IMG/VR virus record: IMGVR_UViG_3300023174_005626
Coordinates: 32,001-96,000 of that record
DNA: 64,000 nt
Strand: one strand, 5' to 3'
DNA from: a virus
Lineage: Duplodnaviria > Caudoviricetes
Part shown: piece by piece, positions 49,851-60,345 of the stretch
Layout of the letters: every line of letters starts with the position of its first letter
Position numbering within the stretch: position 1 is the first letter of the stretch
Translations under genes and position numbers: made by a program
The notes under the pieces: generated by a model
Seen by the model: the letters and a program-made list of their open reading frames with translations, nothing else
The model's database searches: none
Told to the model about the DNA's origin: nothing

Positions 49851-50124
49851 TGTTTTAGGAGAAAATTATTATGTAGATTTAGATGCCATTGAAGAGTATC
49901 TTGATATGACTGATGAAGTATCTATCGAACCAACAAGTGGTACAACAGAAATGAGAATTAATATCATAAAATTTGAAATGGTTAAAATGATGTTAGAAAC
50001 TGTATTATCAGAACACGACGATGTTGATGAGAGTTTAGGTATAAAATCATCTACAAAAACAAGTATCCCTTTCAAAATTGCATTTAACAGTTTATTAAAT
50101 AAAAACCTTATCAATCATTATTAA
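49843..50124 (+). CDS. Hypothetical protein
   Basis: 93-aa ORF coupled within the operon. Confidence 0.55.
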   Translation: MLNVLGENYYVDLDAIEEYLDMTDEVSIEPTSGTTEMRINIIKFEMVKMMLETVLSEHDDVDESLGIKSSTKTSIPFKIAFNSLLNKNLINHY

Positions 50125-50125
50125 T

Positions 50126-51178
50126 ATGGAAAATACATTAAAAGAAAAAGTACTTAAATCCATTGAAGTATTAAAAAACAAACAAGCAAGAATTTATTTC
50201 CTAACACAAGATACAAAAGGAAATGCAAAAGCTTCTGTTAGATTTATATACCAAGTAGCAAAAACACTAAAAGATGCAGGATTCAATCCAATCATCTTAC
50301 ACGAAAAAAACGACTATGCTGGTGTTGCAAAATGGCTTGGCGAAGAATATATGAATATTCCTCACAGAGTTATTGAAGGTCAAAATTTAGAAATATCTCC
50401 TGAAGATTTTTTAATTATTCCTGAAATTTTTGGTTTCATGATGGAACAAGTTAAACAATTGCCTTGTGCTAAGGTTGTTTTGGCACAGTCTTACGCTTAC
50501 ATTGTTGAAACTCTACAACCAGGTCAAAACTGGGCACAATATGGTTTCTTTAAATGTTTAACAACAACAAATAATCAAAAGGACTATATTGAAAGGGTAA
50601 TGAGACAATCAACGTGTGATGTTATCAAACCTTATATCTCAGAAAACTTCCACCCTAAATCACAACCACCAATGCCAATTGTTGGTGTTCATACTAAAGA
50701 ACAAAGTGACGCAATTAACATTATTAAAACATTTTATTTAAAATTCCCTCAATATAGATGGTTTACATTTAGAGATTTGAGAGGACTTACAGAAGTTGAG
50801 TTTTCTAATTCACTAAGAGATTGTTTTGTTAGTGTTTGGATTGATGACGAAAGTGGATTTGGTACATTCCCATTAGAATCTATGAAATCTAATGTTCCTG
50901 TAATTGGAAAAGTTCCAAACTTGCCAGCAGAGTGGATGACTGAAGAAAATGGTATTTGGATTACAGACAAAACTTTATTCGCAGATGTAATTGCAGACTT
51001 TATTCAAAATTGGTTAGAAGATAATATCAAACCTGAAATGTATGAAGAAATGAAAAAGACATCAGACAAATACTCAAATAAACAAGAATTTGAAAGTTCT
51101 GTGACAACTTTATTCTCAAAGTTTTTAAGTAACAGAGCAGATTCATTTGAAGAACAAATCATTAAAACAGAAGAATAA
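50126..51178 (+). CDS. GT-B-fold glycosyltransferase
   Basis: LIIPEIF; SGFGTFPLESMKSNVPVIG resembles the GT4 EgFg.p.lEam motif. Confidence 0.7.
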   Translation: MENTLKEKVLKSIEVLKNKQARIYFLTQDTKGNAKASVRFIYQVAKTLKDAGFNPIILHEKNDYAGVAKWLGEEYMNIPHRVIEGQNLEISPEDFLIIPEIFGFMMEQVKQLPCAKVVLAQSYAYIVETLQPGQNWAQYGFFKCLTTTNNQKDYIERVMRQSTCDVIKPYISENFHPKSQPPMPIVGVHTKEQSDAINIIKTFYLKFPQYRWFTFRDLRGLTEVEFSNSLRDCFVSVWIDDESGFGTFPLESMKSNVPVIGKVPNLPAEWMTEENGIWITDKTLFADVIADFIQNWLEDNIKPEMYEEMKKTSDKYSNKQEFESSVTTLFSKFLSNRADSFEEQIIKTEE

Positions 51179-51179
51179 T

Positions 51180-51986
51180 ATGGAAAATAAATTATCATTA
51201 TCAGTTATACTACCAATTAAGTCAGCAAAAGCAAAAGACTTTGACGAACTTTTTGGAAAAGCAATTAATTCTTTAAAAGAACAAAAAGTTGATTTTGAAG
51301 AATTAGTAATCGTCCATACTCAAGAAGAAACTTTAATTAGTGTTTTAGATAACTATGACTTTGGAAATATAAATGTTACCAAAGTATTATGGGATAAAGA
51401 ACCAAACTATGCATCACAAGTAAATTATGGTATTGAAAAAGCAAAAGGTACTTGGGTTTCACTATTTGAATTTGATGATGAATACTCATCAATTTGGTTT
51501 AAAAATATAAAAAAATATTCAGAATCATATCCCGATGTTCAAATGTTCTTACCTGTAGTTGTTGAGGTTGATGAAAAAGGGATGTTTGCAGGATTCACTA
51601 ATGAGGCAACTTTTGCGGCAAATTTTAGTCAAGAAATGGGATTCTTAACTAATGAAACTTTACAAGATTATCAAAACTTTCAAACCGCAGGTTCTGTTTT
51701 TAAGAAATCTGTGATTGAAGATTTTGGTGGGTTTAAATCATCAATAAAATTAACCTTTGTTTACGAATTTTTATTAAGATTATCTTATAATTCTGTATCA
51801 ATCATGACAATACCTAAGTTAGGATATAAACATGTTAACATGAGAGAAGGTTCAATATTTTGGACATATAAGAACGGAGAAAACAAAATGATTGAGGACG
51901 AAGTTAAGTTTTGGATTCAAACTGCAAAGAAAGAATATTTTTTTACTGACGATAGAGTCATAAAATACCAATCAGAAAATGCATAA
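51180..51986 (+). CDS. GT2-like glycosyltransferase
   Basis: LSVILP, NYGIEKAKGTWVSLFEFDD, FGGF, YEFLLR. Confidence 0.75.
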   Translation: MENKLSLSVILPIKSAKAKDFDELFGKAINSLKEQKVDFEELVIVHTQEETLISVLDNYDFGNINVTKVLWDKEPNYASQVNYGIEKAKGTWVSLFEFDDEYSSIWFKNIKKYSESYPDVQMFLPVVVEVDEKGMFAGFTNEATFAANFSQEMGFLTNETLQDYQNFQTAGSVFKKSVIEDFGGFKSSIKLTFVYEFLLRLSYNSVSIMTIPKLGYKHVNMREGSIFWTYKNGENKMIEDEVKFWIQTAKKEYFFTDDRVIKYQSENA

Positions 51987-52733
51987 ATGCAAGAAACTCT
52001 ATCTGCACAAACAGAAGATGTTTCATCCAAAAAAAGAGGTAGAAAGGCAGTCAAAGAAAATTATTTTGATGTAAGAGAAGAAACCGCAGTTAGAAAATTT
52101 TTAATTGCTGAAACCTCATACGAAAAAAACAAAATATATAATGAATTCTTAAGAGCTCCTCTTGATAAGATGATTTCATCAATTATAAGACGTTACAAAT
52201 TGTATCGTAAAGATATGGATTTTATTGAAATTCATACAGACACACATTCTTTTTTGATGACTAAGGTTGATAAATTCAAACCAGACAAAAACAAAAAAGC
52301 ATATTCATATTTTGGAACGATTTGTAAAAATTATTTAATGGGTCAAATCATTAAAGACCAAAAAGAAACAAATCGTAAAATTTCATATGAAGACATTTCT
52401 TCAAGTATTGAAGAGAGACCTGACATGATTTATCGTATAGACGACGATATTGTTGAAACTGATGTTATAATAACTCAATACCTTAAAGAACTCAAAGATT
52501 TCATTGAAACTGAATCATTGAACGATAATGAAAAAAAATTAGGTTACGCATTAATTGATTTATTTGACAATTACGAAACTATATTTTCAGGTGCAGATAA
52601 TAACAAATTCAATAAAAATGTCATACTACTTTCATTAAGAGAAATGACAAATCTTAGTACAAAAGAGATAAGAAGTTCAATAAAAAGATTCAAAAAACTT
52701 TATTTAGTTATTCAACATAAAATGAAAAACTAA
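51987..52733 (+). CDS. gp55: Phage late sigma factor (T4 gp55-like)
   Basis: KFKPDKNKKAYSYFGTICKNYL resembles sigma region 2 of gp55-type proteins. Confidence 0.7.
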   Translation: MQETLSAQTEDVSSKKRGRKAVKENYFDVREETAVRKFLIAETSYEKNKIYNEFLRAPLDKMISSIIRRYKLYRKDMDFIEIHTDTHSFLMTKVDKFKPDKNKKAYSYFGTICKNYLMGQIIKDQKETNRKISYEDISSSIEERPDMIYRIDDDIVETDVIITQYLKELKDFIETESLNDNEKKLGYALIDLFDNYETIFSGADNNKFNKNVILLSLREMTNLSTKEIRSSIKRFKKLYLVIQHKMKN

Positions 52734-52740
52734 TTAAAAC

Positions 52741-52747
52741 TATTTAT
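52741..52747 (+). promoter_or_regulatory. Putative late promoter TATTTAT
   Basis: TATTTATAGGT immediately before the ATG at 52752. Confidence 0.6.
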
Positions 52748-52751
52748 AGGT

Positions 52752-53117
52752 ATGCCAAGACCACAAAGAAAAGAAATTAATTTTACTAAAGATTCTATTT
52801 TAGCTCTTATGCAAGAAATTTATAATGAACTTGTAGAACAAAGACAAACCGCGATAAGAATCCAAAATAAAATGTTATCTATGTTAAAGGACCCAGAGGA
52901 TATGACAACTATCGGGCCAGTTATTGAAAAACAACAAAAAATTGTCAACGAATGTGTTGAAAAGAAAATTAGTCTTTCAAAACTTCAATCAGGCATTTGG
53001 GAAAAATCAAACAATAATACTGAATCATTTTCTCTTGCCGATTTAGATGATGATTTAATTCAAAATCTTATAGAGAAAGATATTTCCAATGATGAGGAAA
53101 CTTATAAAATGAGATAA
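52752..53117 (+). CDS. Hypothetical coiled-coil protein
   Basis: 121-aa helical ORF with a late motif upstream. Confidence 0.55.
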   Translation: MPRPQRKEINFTKDSILALMQEIYNELVEQRQTAIRIQNKMLSMLKDPEDMTTIGPVIEKQQKIVNECVEKKISLSKLQSGIWEKSNNNTESFSLADLDDDLIQNLIEKDISNDEETYKMR

Positions 53118-53120
53118 GAT

Positions 53121-55241
53121 ATGCAAGCAGCACCAGATTTAAATTCTTTAGGACTAGATATATCTTCAAAGATTACTGCAATTAAAACTGCAGTAGATAC
53201 CTTAAAGCAAGAAAAAACTTTAAAAAAGTCTGTTGCTAATTCATCATCTTCTGCCGTCTCACAAATAACCTCTCAGTTAGATAAAATTAAAGATTTACAA
53301 AAAAGATACCAAAGAGAACCTCCAACCTCTTTGGATAAACTATTAGATTTTTTATCACAAACTAGAGGAAATGGTGACAATACTATAAAGTATTTAAGAA
53401 AAAAAATTTTAGAGGTGTCAGTAAAGATTGAACCTGAAGTGGTCAATATTCTTAAGGAGCAATCTATGAAAGCTTTAGGTTGTTCACAAGAACAAAGTTA
53501 TAAAGGAGTTAGCCCACAAAGTCTACAACTACAACCATTACCTTTAATACCACAAGGACCAAATGATGGTTCAATATACATTCCTGTTCAATCGGTTGAT
53601 TTTTTTTCTAACTTAAAACAATCACCAACGACAAACTTTGGAAAAGTATATTATGAAAAGCCAGAGCCATCTGCAGACACAACTTTCAAACCTTTTGGTG
53701 GAGAGACTAACTTTCCAATGAATAAACAATTATATCAACTAACTAACGAAACTGGCAGGTCTTTATCTCAAATTTTAGGTACAAATTATAAAGGTAAATC
53801 AGGTCAAAATTTGTTTGATGTCCAATATACAAAAACAAATGGATATGGAGTAACTGGTGATTATTTTAGAGTTATATTAATTGATAGGTTAAATAATAAC
53901 GGAGCAAGTTTAAATAATAAGGTTGGTGAGTTTATTAGTGATTATTATAGTACAATAAATTTGGTCGACCCTGTTGATATTGGTGCCCAAATAGTTAATG
54001 TAATTTCAGGGGCAATGAACATTAGTGCAAAAATCGGAATTGGAGAACTTCAAAACCAATCAAAATTTGCATTAGTTGTTCAAAGAATATTAGGGTTATG
54101 TTTTGATGACCGTACTGAGATTGATGTAAGTGGTATTGCCAAAGTAGCAGAACTTGATGGAGTTGATGATACTTTTTTTGAATTGAACGAAATTGATTTA
54201 AGAAACATTGACCAGAACATTTCAAATGTTCAAAACGGGGTAATGGAATTTGAAGAATGTGATAATGTAAAAGTACCTGTTGATTCAGAATCTCTTGTTG
54301 ACCAACTTATCTTATTTAGAGATAAATTAAGTGGACAAACAACTGAAGAAAAAGTTAAAACGTTAGAAACTATAATTGATTCAATTTCTCAAAATCCTGA
54401 GTGGAAGTCAAAACTTCCTTCAAGTTTTAATGCAAACATATCAATTGATAAGAATATTCTAAAGAAAATAGCTTTATCTGTTGTCGCAGGTATATTAACT
54501 CCAAAGAATTTATTACCCGTATTTTCGTTGTTATATGTTATACAATCAGGAGCAACATATACCTACAATCAAGCGGTAACAAGCGGAAACACATTAGTTA
54601 GTTCAGGGAACACGTTAATTAATTCAGGAACCACATTATTATCACAAACAAGTAATATTATTACTGACGGTAAAGACTTCTTACAAAAGTGGAGAACATT
54701 TTCAATAGAAATGATTACCAAAATTAATGTAATCTTTTTAGAGACATTATTTCAAATATTGAAAAGGGATTTGTTACTTTTAATTGGGGAAATTGTCATA
54801 GATATTGAGTCAAATAAAATCATGAGAAAGTATCAAAAAATTTTAGCATTAATTGCAGTTGCGTATGGGATTACACAACTATTGAAAGATGATTACAGGA
54901 AATGTAAACCTTTGCTACAAGACATCTTAGCAATATTGAATGTTGTTGAAAGCGCAGGTAAAGTTCTTGGTATTTTCAAAAAGGACATTCCATTATCACT
55001 ATTAGCATTTTCAGATGGATTACCAGGGTATTCTCCTGAAAGAGCTTTTATTAATGTGATTGAAGGTCTTCAAAAGATTGGGGTTCCTACAGGTGTTTTA
55101 CCTGATGGGTCTCCTAATTTAATGTTGTTATATAATAAAATTACCCAAGACGGCATTGGTAAAGAAAAAAAGAATGAAAAAATTGAAGCCTTTGGTGTTG
55201 GTGTTACAGGTATGGTTAAAGTTTATGGAGTTCCAGTATGA
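53121..55241 (+). CDS. Putative virion structural protein (706 aa)
   Basis: In a late operon upstream of the spike gene; carries an SGxT cluster. Confidence 0.5.
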   Translation: MQAAPDLNSLGLDISSKITAIKTAVDTLKQEKTLKKSVANSSSSAVSQITSQLDKIKDLQKRYQREPPTSLDKLLDFLSQTRGNGDNTIKYLRKKILEVSVKIEPEVVNILKEQSMKALGCSQEQSYKGVSPQSLQLQPLPLIPQGPNDGSIYIPVQSVDFFSNLKQSPTTNFGKVYYEKPEPSADTTFKPFGGETNFPMNKQLYQLTNETGRSLSQILGTNYKGKSGQNLFDVQYTKTNGYGVTGDYFRVILIDRLNNNGASLNNKVGEFISDYYSTINLVDPVDIGAQIVNVISGAMNISAKIGIGELQNQSKFALVVQRILGLCFDDRTEIDVSGIAKVAELDGVDDTFFELNEIDLRNIDQNISNVQNGVMEFEECDNVKVPVDSESLVDQLILFRDKLSGQTTEEKVKTLETIIDSISQNPEWKSKLPSSFNANISIDKNILKKIALSVVAGILTPKNLLPVFSLLYVIQSGATYTYNQAVTSGNTLVSSGNTLINSGTTLLSQTSNIITDGKDFLQKWRTFSIEMITKINVIFLETLFQILKRDLLLLIGEIVIDIESNKIMRKYQKILALIAVAYGITQLLKDDYRKCKPLLQDILAILNVVESAGKVLGIFKKDIPLSLLAFSDGLPGYSPERAFINVIEGLQKIGVPTGVLPDGSPNLMLLYNKITQDGIGKEKKNEKIEAFGVGVTGMVKVYGVPV

Positions 55242-55444
55242 TAAAAGAAGACTTTGAAAATATAATTAACGAGCAATCAAATTTAAAAAATTTGCCAAAT
55301 ACAACTTTAGCAAATTTTATGGATTTATTATCTACTGATTTTGAAATAACAAAAGATAATATTATAAAACAAACAATTTATTTAGATAAATTAGAAGAAT
55401 TGTATAATAACATTTTAAAAATATATCAAGAAAGAAATGGGTAA
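55238..55444 (+). CDS. Small hypothetical protein
   Basis: 68 aa; overlaps both neighbours. Confidence 0.5.
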   Translation: MIKEDFENIINEQSNLKNLPNTTLANFMDLLSTDFEITKDNIIKQTIYLDKLEELYNNILKIYQERNG

Positions 55445-56978
55445 GGTAGACGATAATTCAATATTATTTCAGGCACAGGTTTTAAACTCTGATGACCCAA
55501 TGATGCTTGGTAGAGTTCGCGCGATTAGATTAATTGACAATCTTGACGATATATTAAGAAGTGTTACCGACCCACCATGGAATGAAGAAAAAGATATATG
55601 GACAAGTAGAGACCCATTAATATTCACACCATTATTACCGTATTTTATTTATCAAGTTCCAAAGAAAGATGAATTAATTCAAATAATGTATCTTAATAAA
55701 GATTACAGATTTCAGAATCAATTCTACATACAAGCATCTGCGTTTTCATCCCCAACAACAACTTTAAAAGAATATTGGTATGGTGGTAATAAATGGTCAG
55801 GGAATGGAACTCAAATTGTAAATCCCAATCCTTTAAAAAATCAAAACGGAACTTATAAAGATGGTGCAATACATGCTGGGGTATTCCCACAACCTGGTGA
55901 TAATGCCATATTAGGAAGAGGCAGTGCTGACTTAGTTGTTAAGCAAGATGAAGTTTTATTAAGAGCGGGTAAATTTGCAGAAGAGAATTTACAACCAAAT
56001 ATATTACCTGTTGCAAATCCAAAAAGAGCCTTTTTACAATTATCAAGATTTCAAACAACTAAAGAAGTACTTCCACCAAAAACTTATTTTGAGTTCAAAG
56101 AAGAAGTTGTATTAGTAAAATACCTTATTGAATGGGTTATTGTAAATCCTGAAAACACTAAAGATATTTTTACGGGAGATATATACCTATACCAATTAAA
56201 ATCTGACCCGTCAACTAACTCTAAAAACTTAACTGTTGGTAGTGCGGTTGCTTCAAATCTTAAAACAATTGTTTTTAAACAAGAAATTAAAGGTAATACA
56301 TTAGATATTATTGAACAAATTAATTCTTTTATTAGAGCATGTAACAACACTAATTTTTATAATGGAAACCAACTTTTTCCTGATAACCAAGACAGTACAA
56401 AGTTCCCTATATTCTATAGACCAACAAATGAAGTTTATACTAAAATAAATCCAAGTACTCCTTCAGGTCAAACAAATACAATAATCATTAATAATCTTTC
56501 AAAGATTTATAAAGGAATTAAAATAAATCCAAGTATTAAAGGTGGATATGGTTTAATTTACACAAAAAATAATGTTGGTATTGTCGGAGCATACGTTAAG
56601 AAAACAGCAGCTCAATCAAAATTTATCACCCAACAAGCAACCTACAGTACTTTAGGTGGTGATAAAGTATTTTTATTATCTCACAATTCTGTAATACCTG
56701 GTAAAGGTGGTCCGATAAATTTTGACAACACTTTATACGGCATAACACCTCAACAGTATGGTGATGAAATTATGCCAAAGACATCAAGTATGGTAAGGGG
56801 AGAAGAGTTAATGGAATTGATTAATTTAATTGTTCAATTCTTAATTACACATACTCACGCTTATCCTGGGTTAGCTCCAGTCCCTGTGACTGAGAGTGGA
56901 GTTAATGTAACATCACTTACTTCAGAACTACAAAATGCCGTTAATAAAATTCTTAACAGAAATATCAGACTTAATTGA
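55437..56978 (+). CDS. Baseplate central spike (gp5/VgrG/gpV-like)
   Basis: OB-fold DDPMMLGRVRA..QVPKKDELI; ILGRGSADL; C-terminal VRGEELMEL..THTH apex motif. Confidence 0.7.
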   Translation: MGKVDDNSILFQAQVLNSDDPMMLGRVRAIRLIDNLDDILRSVTDPPWNEEKDIWTSRDPLIFTPLLPYFIYQVPKKDELIQIMYLNKDYRFQNQFYIQASAFSSPTTTLKEYWYGGNKWSGNGTQIVNPNPLKNQNGTYKDGAIHAGVFPQPGDNAILGRGSADLVVKQDEVLLRAGKFAEENLQPNILPVANPKRAFLQLSRFQTTKEVLPPKTYFEFKEEVVLVKYLIEWVIVNPENTKDIFTGDIYLYQLKSDPSTNSKNLTVGSAVASNLKTIVFKQEIKGNTLDIIEQINSFIRACNNTNFYNGNQLFPDNQDSTKFPIFYRPTNEVYTKINPSTPSGQTNTIIINNLSKIYKGIKINPSIKGGYGLIYTKNNVGIVGAYVKKTAAQSKFITQQATYSTLGGDKVFLLSHNSVIPGKGGPINFDNTLYGITPQQYGDEIMPKTSSMVRGEELMELINLIVQFLITHTHAYPGLAPVPVTESGVNVTSLTSELQNAVNKILNRNIRLN

Positions 56979-56997
56979 TATTTATTGAAAAAGATAG

Positions 56998-58506
56998 ATG
57001 TCAATTTTAAGGTCATACATAGATAAAAATAATACAATCACATCAAATTCATACGTAAACACGGCAAGAAATCCTGTTGTTGAGTTGAATTTTGGTGCTT
57101 CGGATTATGTTATTCCAAACTACGGATACACAAGATATATCTTTGATTTAGACTTAGTGTTACTTAGAGAAGATATTGTAACAGGAGTTATCTCAACAGG
57201 ATGTACTTCAGCAATGACTCACACACTAAAGATGACAAATACATCTTCATTTGATAATGAATTACTTAATTCATTTATGTCAAATGAAAGAAGAAGAGCA
57301 ACATCATTTGATTTAATTTTATTCAGAATCCCTAAGACTTCAGGTGCCACTGGTAACCCACAATATTGGGATGAGGGTGTTGGATATGATTATAACGACT
57401 TTAACATTGCAAAAAATAGTGCAATAGGTGGTTCATCCCCACTTACATACGTAGATAGCAGAGCCTTTTCAACAAGACCTTCAAACTGGTACCAAACCAC
57501 AACATTAGATACATGGTCTCAACCTGGTATCTATAACAACAAAAATGAAGGTACAGTTAACTTCTCAGGACTTACAATTGTAGCAAGACAACATTTCCAA
57601 TTAGGTAATGAAGACCTTGATATGGATATGACGGATGAAATTAACGGAATATTACACGGAACAATAACAGGTGTTACAGGGTGGGGTTTGGCTTACTTAC
57701 CTCAAATTGAAAACATTACAGGACTTACAGACAGTTACAGTGTAGCCTTTTTCTCAAAGGATACTCAAACATTCTATCAACCTTTTTTATTAACAGATTA
57801 TGACGATTTAATTAAAGACGACAGAAATCAATTCTTAAAAAACCAAGAAAACAAATTGTATCTTTACGTTTATCAAAATGGTGATTTAGTTAATTTAGAT
57901 TCAGACCCATTTGTTAGAATTGAAGATAGACTTGGAGATGCTGTTTCAGGAATGTCATCTTTAAACACTTGTTTAAGAACAAAAGGAGTATATGAAGTTA
58001 TTGTACCAAATGGATTTACAGGTTCGCCAACACCTTGTCAATATTTTGATATTTGGTCGGGGTTAACAATTAACGGACAATGTATCCCAAATGTTAAAAA
58101 CCAATTTATACTTCAACCATATAGTGCGGGAATTCAAATTGGACCAATATCAAAAGAACCTCAAATCTACGGATTTGATTTCTACGGTATATTACAAAAT
58201 GAACAAATTTTAAATTCTGATATTAGAAAGGTTGGGGTTACAATTAAGAAAGCCTATACAGGTCAACAAGTTCTTTTGAACGTTTCTGCATCATATAGAG
58301 TATATGTTATGGAAGGAACTACTGAGGTGTTAGTTCAGGATTGGACACCAGTTAATAGAACACCTAATGAATATTATTTCATTTTTGATATGAGAGATAA
58401 AATACCAAATCAATATTATGTTGATATTCAAGTGAGCACTTCGGGTGAGAAAGATACTTATAAAAGACAATTAACGTTTAATATCGTAAATACAAAACAA
58501 TCATGA
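56998..58506 (+). CDS. Virion structural protein
   Basis: TATTTAT at 56979-56985; beta-rich, with WDEGVGY and many SGxT/TGxT sites. Confidence 0.55.
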   Translation: MSILRSYIDKNNTITSNSYVNTARNPVVELNFGASDYVIPNYGYTRYIFDLDLVLLREDIVTGVISTGCTSAMTHTLKMTNTSSFDNELLNSFMSNERRRATSFDLILFRIPKTSGATGNPQYWDEGVGYDYNDFNIAKNSAIGGSSPLTYVDSRAFSTRPSNWYQTTTLDTWSQPGIYNNKNEGTVNFSGLTIVARQHFQLGNEDLDMDMTDEINGILHGTITGVTGWGLAYLPQIENITGLTDSYSVAFFSKDTQTFYQPFLLTDYDDLIKDDRNQFLKNQENKLYLYVYQNGDLVNLDSDPFVRIEDRLGDAVSGMSSLNTCLRTKGVYEVIVPNGFTGSPTPCQYFDIWSGLTINGQCIPNVKNQFILQPYSAGIQIGPISKEPQIYGFDFYGILQNEQILNSDIRKVGVTIKKAYTGQQVLLNVSASYRVYVMEGTTEVLVQDWTPVNRTPNEYYFIFDMRDKIPNQYYVDIQVSTSGEKDTYKRQLTFNIVNTKQS

Positions 58507-58973
58507 GTAAGATAGTAAAATTAACCGAATCAGATTTAAGTAATCTTGTTAAGAGAATTCTTGACGAGCAAATGGAAGAACCTTCAAACTACATGTTCTT
58601 CAGTAATTTAGAACAAATTAAAAGACAATGTGAAAGATTATTAGAACTTGACCCTCACATGATTGATGATATTTTAAATAATGGTCACGATTGGGCTGAT
58701 GACCATGTAACTGAAGCCAAAACAAATATGGACCAGGTTTTTGATTTCTTAATGAACGAAACAAAAAAACAACGTCAATACGTTGATTATGAAGATATTC
58801 ATGAAGGTAGAAAAAAAACAGGTACAAAACTTTGTGCAAGAGGAAAAGCAGCCGCCAAAGCAAAATTCAAGGTTTATCCAAGTGCTTATGCAAACGGTTA
58901 TGCAGTTCAAGTTTGTAAGGGAAGAATGCCAGGTACAGACGGTAAAAAACATTGTTCAGGTACCTATTGTTAA
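58503..58973 (+). CDS. Basic protein with a YPSAYA motif (DUF5872-like) and a leader peptide
   Basis: KLTESDLSNLVKRILDE leader; AKAKFKVYPSAYANG. Family assigned from memory. Confidence 0.55.
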   Translation: MSKIVKLTESDLSNLVKRILDEQMEEPSNYMFFSNLEQIKRQCERLLELDPHMIDDILNNGHDWADDHVTEAKTNMDQVFDFLMNETKKQRQYVDYEDIHEGRKKTGTKLCARGKAAAKAKFKVYPSAYANGYAVQVCKGRMPGTDGKKHCSGTYC

Positions 58974-58997
58974 TTCCTAAAATTATCCTTATCTTTG
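58967..58997 (+). promoter_or_regulatory. Bacteroidota-type housekeeping promoter
   Basis: TTG (58967-69), N20, TATCTTTG (58990-97), just before the ATG at 59002. Confidence 0.5.
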
Positions 58998-59001
58998 GAA
59001 A

Positions 59002-59412
59002 ATGGAAAACAAAGTGGTGGGATATATCCCACGTTTATTATTCAAAATATATTTGAGTCTTAAAGAAAGATTTGACCCTACCCCTCCTATACCTGAAGAG
59101 GAAAGAATCACCGTAGAAATTTGTAAAAAATTAATTAATGACCCTGATTCAGAATTAACCTACGCACCAATTTCCGCAAAAAGATTTATTAAGAACGAAA
59201 GTAAAAGTATGTTTGTTGTTATTGAACATCACACAATTAACTTAATAAATCACGTATATAGTTATTCGGTTTATCTTTCAAAAAACTCAGACTACAATGA
59301 AATTATTGGAGGTTTTGATAAAATCTTAGAAATTAAGAGACAGTCTTTAGAAGATGAAATTACAAGTAATATTCAACATTCTTTACAGACTATTTTGAAG
59401 AAACTTGATTAG
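59002..59412 (+). CDS. Hypothetical protein
   Basis: 136-aa ORF with its own host-type promoter. Confidence 0.6.
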   Translation: MENKVVGYIPRLLFKIYLSLKERFDPTPPIPEEERITVEICKKLINDPDSELTYAPISAKRFIKNESKSMFVVIEHHTINLINHVYSYSVYLSKNSDYNEIIGGFDKILEIKRQSLEDEITSNIQHSLQTILKKLD

Positions 59413-60088
59413 TATTTTCTCTAATCACCCTTCTTATAATTGTGGACAATTCTTCATTTTTTGGTTCATAATGAGTCATCTTAGGTTTATTGCCTGTACC
59501 TGATTTTGAATGTGTTTTTTCTGCTTTTCTTTTTTGTTGACATGCAGATTTTTTTTGTGATGCAGACATTTTAGATGCGACTCCCGCGGCTCTACATTTT
59601 GGATAACCCTTATCACTTGCCTCAGGTCTTCCACAAGGTGGATGTTTACCATCAACTTTTCTACATATATTAACCCAAGGTCCCTTAGGTTGTTTACTAC
59701 CCTTTGGTTTCTTTTTTGTACCAAACCAAACTGCCAAATCTTCTTTAAGTGGCCCTACTGCTTTTTGTATTAATTTTTCAGGTAATTCTAAATCTCCAAT
59801 ATTGCTCCCTTCATCATCATTTTGACCAGTGTAAAATTGTTTTAAATATCTATCAATTTCTGCAACCCTATCTGTTCTTGCCTCAATTTTTTTTCTTTCT
59901 TCAGGTGACTCTTTAAAATCACCATCCGCTTCTTCATACGCCAATTCAGCATTCTTATAATGATAAACAGGTTCAGTATAAGGACCAAGTTCTTTATTTT
60001 TCCAAAGTTGCGGTGCTAATACAATAGGAACTTTAAATTTTCCTGAACTTGATGCACCAGTTGCTTCATTTATTGGTCTTTTTTTCAT
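59390..60088 (-). CDS. Basic Cys-containing late protein
   Basis: EDLAVWF..WVNIC..PCGR..YPKCR; TATTTAT at 60097-60103. Confidence 0.6.
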   Translation of the reverse strand: MKKRPINEATGASSSGKFKVPIVLAPQLWKNKELGPYTEPVYHYKNAELAYEEADGDFKESPEERKKIEARTDRVAEIDRYLKQFYTGQNDDEGSNIGDLELPEKLIQKAVGPLKEDLAVWFGTKKKPKGSKQPKGPWVNICRKVDGKHPPCGRPEASDKGYPKCRAAGVASKMSASQKKSACQQKRKAEKTHSKSGTGNKPKMTHYEPKNEELSTIIRRVIRENTNQVSSK

Positions 60089-60117
60089 ATATTACAATAA
60101 ATATCATTAAAATTATT

Positions 60118-60345
60118 ATGGAGAACGAAAAAATACCAACAAAACTTTTATTTGGAAGCATTGCTGTTTATAAAACAGAAGATGTTGATTTAATCATTGA
60201 CACAATGAATTTTGAACAATCTTTTTTTTATGTTATGCAAGCAATTCAATATGGACATAATTCAAACCTTTTCACACTACAAGAAAGTGAATTAATATCA
60301 AAAGCATTAAGAATATTAAATAAAGGATTAAATTCTGAAGAATAA
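60118..60345 (+). CDS. Small hypothetical protein
   Basis: ATG at 60118, MENEKIPTKLLFGS..FTLQESELISKALR; terminator downstream. Confidence 0.55.
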   Translation: MENEKIPTKLLFGSIAVYKTEDVDLIIDTMNFEQSFFYVMQAIQYGHNSNLFTLQESELISKALRILNKGLNSEE

